33,478 nt of DNA from Trichomonas gallinae. Its lineage: Eukaryota. The position numbers and the translations under genes are program-made. Positions 10,434 to 19,131 of this stretch are shown here, in pieces. Within the stretch, counting starts at the first letter, position 1. Each line of letters opens with the position of its first letter. The stretch covers positions 1-33,478 of the forward strand of contig MRSU01004599.1 in NCBI GenBank assembly GCA_008369845.1, read 5' to 3'. The notes below the pieces were generated by a model. That model was given only the letters and a program-made list of their open reading frames with translations. It did no database searches and had not been told where the DNA came from.

Positions 10434-11359
10434 TATTTTTATAAAAAAATATTCAATAGTTTACAAGGTGTCCTGATGGGAAGGCAAAAAGCGTTTTATT
10501 TCATTTCCTGGTGATGCTGGGTGATACGCTATTCATTCGCCTAGAAATGTCCAGATTTTCATTCATCATCAAAAAAATTGGTTCCTCGATGAAAAAAGTG
10601 AAGTACATCTGACAATTGTCAAAAATTAAATGTCAAAAAAATATCAAATCATTCGAAAACCATCCTAAATTAATCGATAATGATATGTTCTTTTAGGTTT
10701 ATATATGATTTTTAGTCATAATCTTGTTATAGTTTTATTTCGTTCAGTAGATATATTTCCTGATAATGATGTATCAATTAATTATTTTTGACATTTGTCA
10801 AAAACATCGAACATTTCTCCATCAAAATACGTTTATAATAAAATGACCAAAGAAAATCAATTTTTCGAGGTGTAGAAGCAATCATTCTGACTTTTATTTA
10901 AGATATAATATGATAAATGTATATAGTATATTGGCAAAACTTCGAGATCTTTCAATATTTTGCTGCTCAATCATAATATAAGCTATATTATATGAAAATG
11001 AGTGTGATAATAACTTTACCATTAAATAAAACTTTGTTCTTCTGGGATTTAATTGATCAAATTAAACATAGAAAGCCCTTAAAGAAAGATGATGCAAGCA
11101 TAAACAATTAATTTTATGCCTATATAATATATACTTCTGTTTTTTTTTTTTAATTTATTTATCGAATGGTATCAAAATAAATAGATCTTTCTGATAGTTT
11201 CTAAACTACATTTTGCTTTTACATCATTATAGAACATATCTCACTCATCTGTAATTGATGTTATATCTATCTATTTTACTAAAATTGCTTTCGATAGGTG
11301 AGATTTCTTGGTTTTTTCATGATGAATACGAAAATGATAGACGAAAAAAGTGCCAATAT

Positions 11360-12043
11360 ATGAATAATAAAGATTTTTCATTCATTGTTGCGACAAATTT
11401 AGCAGCTTATACATTAGTAATGTTTTGCCATTCTTCGTTTTCAAACCTCATTGGCCAATCAGCATTCTATTTCTGCTTATATTCCGGATATTATTGTTTC
11501 ATATTTACATCTCTTTCAGGTATTATATCATATCCAAAGTCAGCAAGCTCAGATATCGAAAGCCAAAAGTCATCTGGAACAGATTCATTCTGCAATAAAT
11601 GCCAAACTGAAGTTCCTTCAAGATTTTTACATTTCCCGTCAACAAATAGGTGTGTCTGCACCTATAATGCATTTCGAGTCTTTCTTTACTATTTCTCATT
11701 TACAATAATTTGCGGATTTGATTCAGTTGACCTAATCCGCCACTATTTTGCTGATATCTGTAATATGAACTCTTTTAGTGAACATTTATTACAAATATTC
11801 AGTATAATATTTTATATTTATTTTACCATTCATAGTTTTGTACTTACGGTTCAATTTATGTATGTTGTATCATTCCGTCCTCAAGTAAATGTCGTGAAAA
11901 CAATACTTGGTATTCCAATTTTCCAATATTCTGGTCACAATCATGATCAATCGAATATTATGGGAAATTGGAAAGATGTTATAGTTAATGGTGAGGATGT
12001 AATTCTCGCTCGAACTTTCCATAAGCCTAATATTGAAAAATAA
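11360..12043 (+). CDS. Degenerate DHHC palmitoyltransferase-like 4-TM membrane protein lacking the DHHC motif
   Basis: Two TM segments, then FCNKCQTEVPSRFLHFPSTNRCVCTYNAFRVF, then two TM segments and a PaCCT-like HDQSNIMGNWKDVI. The start is uncertain (in-frame ATGs at 11258 and 11360). Confidence 0.6.
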   Translation: MNNKDFSFIVATNLAAYTLVMFCHSSFSNLIGQSAFYFCLYSGYYCFIFTSLSGIISYPKSASSDIESQKSSGTDSFCNKCQTEVPSRFLHFPSTNRCVCTYNAFRVFLYYFSFTIICGFDSVDLIRHYFADICNMNSFSEHLLQIFSIIFYIYFTIHSFVLTVQFMYVVSFRPQVNVVKTILGIPIFQYSGHNHDQSNIMGNWKDVIVNGEDVILARTFHKPNIEK

Positions 12044-13341
12044 TCAAAATTATTATTTTTTTACGAGTTCAACTTATGTGCCGTGGGAAAAAGTAACAAT
12101 ACATGTTATACAATCATATTACTATAAGTTTTGAATTTCCGATCAAATGAAATTATTCATGCGGAATAGTAGCTTTTTTGTAAGTGCATTGTATCATATT
12201 CTATGTTTATATCGATTTTTTTTAGGGATGCAAATTTGGAAATAATCCCGGGATTTTCCAGGATCCATTTTTTAAAACTTCTATGTCGAATAAAAATTTT
12301 TGACATTTTGCTTGTAAAATCCTTATATTTGTCAAAAAAAAAACAAGAGTTTTCCAATTTTATTAAAGTCAAAATATCTTCCAAAGTTGCAACCCAATTT
12401 TATTATGTAGTTGTTTGATAAATATTCATACCGAGATCAATTTGAAATTTTTTCGAAGTCTTTGGTCAGTATTTTAACTATTTGTAGTTGATAAGCTGAT
12501 GTTCCTGAATGTAAGTATATTGGTCATTTACTCTTCTTTCTTGTTATTACAAGAAGATTAAAAATTGATCGCATTGCATATTTAATGGCTAGAACATCGG
12601 TCATATCAATCATAAGTCTTCATTGTCTGCCAAACATTATGATGGTGTTCATGTCTCTCCAACTCATGCATAAGGAATTTAGACCGAAAGAATCTTCTGT
12701 ACAAATACTATTTTTTGCCATGAAATAATATACATGAAGGCCAAAGATGATTATAGAATTATGAACAATCCTGAATTATCGAATGTTGTATTTATTCAGG
12801 AAAAAATAAAGATCGATCGTTGGCATTCGATGCTATAAATAGATATAATTTTGAAAATTATATATGGATTTTGTATAAAATGATTACATTTTTTAGATTT
12901 GTGATTCGCTAAAATTTTAGAATGATCTGATACTACCCAAATTAAGTCATTCGCACAGGAAAATGGAAGATAAATCTGCGTTTATCTTTACAAACACCAA
13001 AATACAACAACCATGTAGTTACAAGCGACTTTTCCAAATTACAACAAAGATTTTTACTTTCGATTTCATAAATATTTTATTGACTATCAACAGTGAAATG
13101 TTATGATCTTGAAATTTTCCCATTTTAAAAGACCAATATAAAAATTCTAAATAGAAATGTGTATGTTTAATATTAAAATAGTTATAAAACTTGCTGACAG
13201 AAACTTGAATTTATTTCACTTCATTTCTCCACACATAATGGATTCAAAAAAAATAATTGAGGGAATTTAAGCCGATATAAAAATAATTGAGGACTTTTTG
13301 ATCGACTATATTCAATTCATGAAAACGATGAATTCAAAAAA

Positions 13342-13373
13342 GACGGTTTTTGAAATAACCGCCGAAAACACTT
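13342..13373 (+). promoter_or_regulatory. Core promoter of the aminotransferase: M3-like element(s) plus Inr-like ACACTT
   Basis: GACGGTTT (13342-13349) fits the T. vaginalis M3 consensus DRCSGYTD; an inverted copy TAACCGCC lies at 13356-13363; ACACTT at 13368-13373 ends 9 nt before the ATG. Confidence 0.55.
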
Positions 13374-13382
13374 TCGAACAAG

Positions 13383-14585
13383 ATGCTCTCTCCATACATG
13401 CTTAAATGCTCCAGCGGTGGCTCTGCTATCCGCAGAATGGACAACCTTGCTCAGCAGCTTGCAAAGGAACACGGTGCTGATAAAATCCACAACTTCACAA
13501 TCGGTAACCCACGTGTCCCACCACCAAAAGCTTACACAGATGCCCTTAAGGAAATCGCCGCTGAAGAGATCCCACTCTGCCACGGCTACTCCTCAACACA
13601 GGGTGATGAGAAGCCACGTGAGGTCCTCGCTAACTTATTCTCTGAAATTCAGGGCGTTAAGATCAACCCAGACTGCATAGTCCTTTCATCAGGCTGCGCT
13701 GGTGCCATTAACGTCGCTCTCAGAGTTATTCTCAACGTCGGTGATGAAGTTATCCTTGTTGCTCCATACTTCCTTGAGTATCCATTCTACATTGAGAACT
13801 GGCACGCTACAGTCACAGTCCTCGACACAACATTCGAGCAGGGCTGGCAGATTGATCCAACAAAGCTTGAGCAGGTCATCACACCATTGACACGTGCTAT
13901 CATCATCAACTCCCCACACAACCCAACAGGCACACTCCTTTCTCAGGATACAGTCAACAAGATGTGCGAGGTTCTCGATCGCAAGTCCAAGGAGTACGGC
14001 CGCCCAATCTACGTCATCTCCGATGATGTTTACTGCCGTGTCATTGCTCCAGGCACAAAGCACCACCACATCTTCGATGTCTACCCATATTCCATTGTCG
14101 CATACTCCCTCTCTAAGGATCTTTCCATCCCAGGTGAGCGTATTGGCTGCATCATTGTCAACCCACTCCTTCAGAACTACAAGCTCCTTGTTCACTCGCT
14201 CGCTCATGCAAATGAAATTATAGGCTTCGTTCATGCTAACCGTCTCCACATGAGAATCATTCCAAAGGTTATCCCAGCTACATCTGATATCAACCTTTAC
14301 AACGAATCTCGTGATATGATCTGCAAGTGCTTCGATGAATGCGGAATTCAGTACGTCAAGCCAGAAGGTGCCTTCTACATCTTCCCGAAGATTCCAGATG
14401 GCATCGATGAGTGGGCTTTCTGCGAAACACTCGCAAAGAACTTCATCATCGTCGTTCCAGGCTCTGCTTTCGCTAAGACTGGCTTCTTCCGCCTTTCATT
14501 CTGCAAGCCACCAAAGGATATCGAGGTTGCTATCCCAGTCCTTAAGAAGGCCATTCAGGAGGCTCTTAAGCTCAAGAATGCTTAA
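13383..14585 (+). CDS. PLP-dependent class I/II aminotransferase (bacterial-type aspartate aminotransferase-like)
   Basis: NFTIGNP, GYSSTQG, INSPHNPTG, SDDVY, SLSKDLSIPGERIG (PLP lysine), PEGAFY and VVPGSAF..GFFRLSFC; strong C-ending codon bias like that of RPL30. Confidence 0.95.
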   Translation: MLSPYMLKCSSGGSAIRRMDNLAQQLAKEHGADKIHNFTIGNPRVPPPKAYTDALKEIAAEEIPLCHGYSSTQGDEKPREVLANLFSEIQGVKINPDCIVLSSGCAGAINVALRVILNVGDEVILVAPYFLEYPFYIENWHATVTVLDTTFEQGWQIDPTKLEQVITPLTRAIIINSPHNPTGTLLSQDTVNKMCEVLDRKSKEYGRPIYVISDDVYCRVIAPGTKHHHIFDVYPYSIVAYSLSKDLSIPGERIGCIIVNPLLQNYKLLVHSLAHANEIIGFVHANRLHMRIIPKVIPATSDINLYNESRDMICKCFDECGIQYVKPEGAFYIFPKIPDGIDEWAFCETLAKNFIIVVPGSAFAKTGFFRLSFCKPPKDIEVAIPVLKKAIQEALKLKNA

Positions 14586-15518
14586 GATCAAGAAGGAAAT
14601 ATCTTCCTAGCTTGTCTGATAGTTATTTAAAACTAGTCGTATAGCAAAATATTATTAATAGCGCTCAAACTTTTTACTAACAGTATAATTCTATCGGGAT
14701 AAAAACGGATTTCCTATCTCCAAAGTTTAGTAATAAATATTATTTCAGTGTGATCCCATTGTGTAAGATCCGTTGTAGATACACGGATTCATTTGAAATT
14801 TAATTAATATATTTACCATAAATGCAGATTGACATTCCTTATGTTTACAGTATGTTTAAAATTCCAACTGTGTCGGTATGCAATGTTTGCTTTTTTGGTT
14901 ATGTGTAAATCCAAATTTTGATATGAAATATATAATGCGTGAACATGATATTTTTTCACGAAAATCGTGTGAATAAACTTATATTTATGGTTATTGTCAT
15001 TTTAAAATCGAAAATTAAACCGAAATAAATGGAAAAAATTAAAATGATTATAAAAACCTAAAATTTATCAATTAGTTATTTTTGATTTCATTATCTATTT
15101 TCAAATTTTGAAGCAATATCATTGATATCAATGAGATGACTCAAACAGTTTGAGAGATGTACGAAAAATATCATATTGGAATCTAATAAAAAGTAATTTT
15201 TATAATATCGATACAAAGATAAAACATTTAAATTAAATTTTTCTATAGAATTAGCATAGCAAAATCGTGCTGATGATTTTGATATAATTAAAATCAATGC
15301 TTTGAAAGGATAAAATTGATTTGAAATGCTAAAAATTCAAACTTGTAGTATTAGAACCATATCAGCAAAATGTTAAACCTAGTCGACTAGCAAAAATGTC
15401 ATATTCCATTGGATTCAGTGATTGAAATGATTTTTGTAATTTTCGACATTCTTATGTGATGATTCATTTTTGGATTAAGGAGCCGAAGCTAATCAGCAAC
15501 TATAATTGATACAAAAAA

Positions 15519-16037
15519 TTATATATTTTCGAGATCGAGACTGAAGTTAAGCGATGCGCTACGCAGAGACTTAATATCTGGCTTTTGAAACTCATTAACT
15601 TTGATAGGAACAGCAATTGGAAAATTTTGCGAATTTGGAGTACATATTGGAAGTTCACCTTTCCAAATCTGTTCATTGTCATATAAAACAGTTAATGATC
15701 TTATTCCTGATTTTCCATATCCATTTCCAAATAAAATAAAACTCGGTCTTTCTGTAGATTTTAATGCAAAACTGATAGTATCAGGGAAAGATTCCGCATT
15801 GAAAAACCACTTATCAGTGAGTAAAACCTCGGAAATAGAGCCATCAGAGCTTTGAATTTGTGCACTTCGAATTTCAACTTGGTTATTTCCCCATCCATCT
15901 GTTATTATAAACGATATTAAATGACCTTGAGGTTGCCTGCATTGTACTGATGGCAAACAAGGCTCTCCTGGCCATTTACACGATTGCATTAAAAATATTG
16001 ATTTACATGACAAATTATTTTTACTTGACAAAAACAT
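15519..16037 (-). CDS. Hypothetical protein, possibly a single KATNIP/DUF4457-like domain
   Basis: 172 aa ORF; GHLISFIITDGWGNNQVEI and SGIRSLTVLYDNEQIWKGELP resemble KATNIP repeat motifs (G....F.L..TWGD...IG; RG.R...I..D...IW.GE). Alternative start ATG at 15989. Confidence 0.5.
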   Translation of the reverse strand: MFLSSKNNLSCKSIFLMQSCKWPGEPCLPSVQCRQPQGHLISFIITDGWGNNQVEIRSAQIQSSDGSISEVLLTDKWFFNAESFPDTISFALKSTERPSFILFGNGYGKSGIRSLTVLYDNEQIWKGELPICTPNSQNFPIAVPIKVNEFQKPDIKSLRSASLNFSLDLENI

Positions 16038-16040
16038 AAA

Positions 16041-16397
16041 ATGAGTTGTAAGGTAGAATCAAATAACTCTCTTCCAAAGTTTCCTAAAGAAAAGGCGAAA
16101 GAAATTGCTGATTTTATCATGAAGGATGTTTTCGAGGATCCACAGTTTAATTTTCAATTTGTTCAAGAATTTCTAAAAATTATAACAGATGGTATATCTA
16201 TGGAAGTTAAACATGCTGTAGAGCCATACTTTGCTGTTTTTGTTCAATTAACACTGCTAGAAAATATTGGTCAAGCGATCTTTTCAGGATCAATGTCATT
16301 ATGGGATCAAAGAACCGATGATTACGTATCAACAAAATATGTTACTGAAAAATTCACTTGCATATGCAACATTTATGGTGTATATTCCCTTGGATAA
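16041..16397 (+). CDS. Tctex-1 family dynein light chain
   Basis: 118 aa; C-terminal half YFAVFVQLTLLENIGQAIFSGSMSLWDQRTDDYVSTKY...FTCICNIYGVY matches the Tctex-1 pattern. Confidence 0.9.
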   Translation: MSCKVESNNSLPKFPKEKAKEIADFIMKDVFEDPQFNFQFVQEFLKIITDGISMEVKHAVEPYFAVFVQLTLLENIGQAIFSGSMSLWDQRTDDYVSTKYVTEKFTCICNIYGVYSLG

Positions 16398-16883
16398 TTT
16401 TTTTGTTCGATAATCATCGATTATCATTTTATACTTTGTACAAGCATCTATATAGTGTCTAGAATCCAAAATATTGATTTACGAGACTTCTTTATTTAAT
16501 TCGAAAATACCGAATTGACCTGAAATTCCATGTTAAATTGCAAATGATGAGTTAAATATCCATCCCATCGTTTATGCTCTATACATCGAAGACCAAATAC
16601 GATTGATGCTGAGAATAACATTCAGTTTGTAAACATCTAAAACCATATTGTTGTGCATACGCGAGATGTTAAATGTCAACTAACTACCTAAATAACTTGG
16701 TGAAAATTTTTAATAATAAAATTTTGGAATTTATATCTTCAACCGAGATGCCTCTTTGCACGTTTTTATAAGTAATTGTTCTTCAGATGTACCATGCCTA
16801 TAAGCTATTGGTAGTATCTATGGGTAATATTATTTCACCCCTCATTTATTTTTCATGACCCTCTTTTTTCATACTTGCTTCCA

Positions 16884-17105
16884 ATGGATCAGGAAGAAGA
16901 ATACACAACATTCTACAGAGCAAAAATAGTGATTCCGCAAATCAACCCAGCAGAGTTCTTACAAGAATCACAAGTTCAAAAACCAAAACCACGTAAAGAA
17001 ACACCAGTTATTGATGAAAGAGCACTAAAAATCAGGAAAGACTTCGAAGAATACATGGATATTGTAGATAGAATTATTGCACGCCAAGAAGGTCGTTTTA
17101 ATTAA
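16884..17105 (+). CDS. Small hypothetical protein (73 aa)
   Basis: Purine-rich, coding-like ORF starting MDQEEEY, with Inr-like TCATA at 16869 and a T-rich tract after the TAA; no family recognised. Confidence 0.6.
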   Translation: MDQEEEYTTFYRAKIVIPQINPAEFLQESQVQKPKPRKETPVIDERALKIRKDFEEYMDIVDRIIARQEGRFN

Positions 17106-17596
17106 TTTTTTTAGATCGCGAAAATATATATTATGTTTGTTTTTATTCTTTACCTAAAAGTTCCTTTGGGAATTCAACATTTACTAATACTGTATAAAAA
17201 TAGAAAGCGTTTATTCGATCGCAAATTTTAATATATCAAAATAGATTTAAAATATTAAAGCCATGACTATATATAATGAAGCCCGAATAAATTGTTAATG
17301 TTTTTTTTGATAATTGATAAAGTGATATGATTTGTGCTGATGCTTTTATTTTCTAGAGAAAGCAGTTTTATTTTAGCAGCATAATATATTATCATTATAT
17401 GATCTATATATATTTTGCGCGTTTGTCCCCTCTTGAATGTCAAAAGATTTTATCAACGGATATCTCTGAAAAGAGACAAAATGAAGAAGAACATGTTAGA
17501 TAGTCTGAAAGATGTATCAATAGATTAAAGAAAAAAGACAAAAGATTGAAGAAAATTGTAAATTGTATCCATTTATTAAATAAAATTGTAATATTT

Positions 17597-17935
17597 TTAC
17601 TCTTCCTTCTGCTTGATCATCTTAAGGATTTCGGACTCACCAGCATCAATGATTGAGATTACTGAGGAGCGGAAATACTTACCACAGGCTGTGCCGAGGT
17701 CAACGTTATCACCATCGAATGGGAGGATATCGCAGCCGGAGAGCATAGCGTAGTACTCAATAAGAGAACGGTGAGCTGGGGCGATGTTAGATGCGAAGAT
17801 AACAAGCTTGGCCTCGCCATTGCGGAGGGACTGAAGTGTCTTGTCAATGCCGAGCTGGTACTTGCCGGACTTTGTGACAAGGGAGAGAGAGTTGATGATT
17901 GATTCGCGAGCGCGGCTTAATTTCTTACGACCCAT
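17597..17935 (-). CDS. RPL30: 60S ribosomal protein L30 (eL30)
   Basis: SLVTKSGKYQLG..KTLQSLRNGEAKLVIFASN..IEYYAMLS..GDNVDLGTACGKYFR..IIDAGESEI. The true start is inferred at MGRKK (17935) because promoter motifs sit immediately upstream. Confidence 0.97.
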   Translation of the reverse strand: MGRKKLSRARESIINSLSLVTKSGKYQLGIDKTLQSLRNGEAKLVIFASNIAPAHRSLIEYYAMLSGCDILPFDGDNVDLGTACGKYFRSSVISIIDAGESEILKMIKQKEE

Positions 17936-17939
17936 GGGA

Positions 17940-17960
17940 AAAGGTTCGACCAAAGCCGCT
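17940..17960 (-). promoter_or_regulatory. Trichomonas M3 + M5 core promoter of RPL30
   Basis: Minus strand reads AGCGGCTT (M3, 17960-17953) ... CCTTT (M5, 17944-17940) TCCC ATG; M3/M5 pairing is characteristic of T. vaginalis ribosomal protein genes. Confidence 0.8.
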
Positions 17961-18484
17961 TTTATCGTCTCGCTCCGAGACTTCATTTTTCATTTTCGCT
18001 TTTTTCTTTCATATTTCGCTATACATTTTGTCTTAGTCTGTATATTTTTCGTCAAAATGGCCAAAATTTTAATTCAATTTTATGGACAATCACCAAAATC
18101 AATAACTAGCATATTTTAACTTACCAAATCCAATATTTCTTATTTGAATTCATGCTTTATCAGGCTTTTGACTTATTTTATATTTCGAATCATAATATAT
18201 TTATTGAAATCTGCTTGGAATTCAACATATTGAAAATAATGGCTACATACTTCAGAAAGTTAATTAAATTTATCAATAAAAGACAATGTATTCGATTTTA
18301 TCGATTAATTTTTGGATTTAGCTATTATATTATATCATATTTCAATTGAATATGTGCTATAATACGATAGTATTAATCAAATAAGTACTTGTTCTAGGTA
18401 GAAACAGTTAATAATATGTTTTAACAAACATAATATTTTAGTGAATAGTTTTGAGCAATAATATAAAGATTATACATGCATTCA

Positions 18485-19111
18485 TTACTTACCACGTAGT
18501 TGTTTGAGTGCTTCTGTCGTCAGTACATCTTGTTTGTATCCGGATGCTGTTTCAAAAGCAGTAATTGCTTGGTCTTTTTCTCCAGCTAGTTTATAAGCTG
18601 TTCCCAGCTTCATATATGCCTTCCACATTGCATCTTCGGAAGCTAAATTTCTTTTTCCGGCACTAATCGCAGAATGTGCTGCAGAAATTGCACCTTGATA
18701 ATCTTCAAGCTTGATCAATGCTGTGCATTTGTTCGTATGATAAATAATATTTTCTGGATCCAAAATCAAAGCTTCATTGTATTTTCCTAGTGCAGCAGCA
18801 TATTTCCCTTGAGAAAATAATTCATTTCCCTGTTGTTTAGCTTTCTCAGCTTTTTCTTTGTTATTGACTTTATTATTTTTCTCTTCTTCGTGCTTATCAT
18901 TTGGAATCATGAGCGGCAGAATTGTCATTAATGCCAAAGGATTCGAAAATTTGCTTTGGTGCTTCAAAATATTTTGCGGATTTTCATTTATATCTTGAAT
19001 CATTGAGATAAACTCTGGATCATTCAAGTATCCACTTACCATTGGATTCTCTCTGATCTTTTTCAGCCCATTTTCGCCAAAAATTTGCTTCAATGAATCA
19101 GTTTGATTCAT
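18485..19111 (-). CDS. Truncated HOP/Sti1-like co-chaperone: STI1 (DP) domain plus one TPR domain
   Basis: NPMVSGYLNDPEFISMIQDINENPQN (DP domain); AEKAKQQGNELF...ALILDPENIIYHTN...AISAG...KAYMKLGTAY (TPR2A-like). Confidence 0.85.
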   Translation of the reverse strand: MNQTDSLKQIFGENGLKKIRENPMVSGYLNDPEFISMIQDINENPQNILKHQSKFSNPLALMTILPLMIPNDKHEEEKNNKVNNKEKAEKAKQQGNELFSQGKYAAALGKYNEALILDPENIIYHTNKCTALIKLEDYQGAISAAHSAISAGKRNLASEDAMWKAYMKLGTAYKLAGEKDQAITAFETASGYKQDVLTTEALKQLRGK

Positions 19112-19131
19112 TTTTTAAAAATAAAAAATGA
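19108..19131. promoter_or_regulatory. Palindromic bidirectional core promoter with two Inr elements overlapping the opposite start codons
   Basis: TCATTTTTTA-AAAA-TAAAAAATGA: perfect 10-bp inverted repeat containing both ATGs. Confidence 0.7.

Noticed and set aside
13383..13440. ML start of the aminotransferase as a hydrogenosomal presequence
   Set aside because: The N-terminus appears co-linear with bacterial homologues (S.IR.M motif at a similar position), so it is not an extension
13417..14610. Several overlapping and antisense ORFs (up to 186 aa) within the aminotransferase
   Set aside because: Shadow ORFs expected from strong codon bias; no protein motifs. The same applies to shadow ORFs in the RRM, Cse1, OsmC, kinase and BEACH genes
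14768..14788. Small hairpin ATCCGTTGTAGATACACGGAT downstream of the aminotransferase
   Set aside because: Short, isolated and probably beyond the 3' UTR; bacterial-style terminators do not apply here
15379..15390. Perfect 12-bp palindrome CTAGTCGACTAG
   Set aside because: Several palindromes of this length are expected by chance in 33 kb, and there is no supporting context
17936..17986. 17-aa N-terminal extension of RPL30 in the ORF track
   Set aside because: It overlaps the M3/M5 promoter motifs; eL30 homology and typical length fit the ATG at 17935
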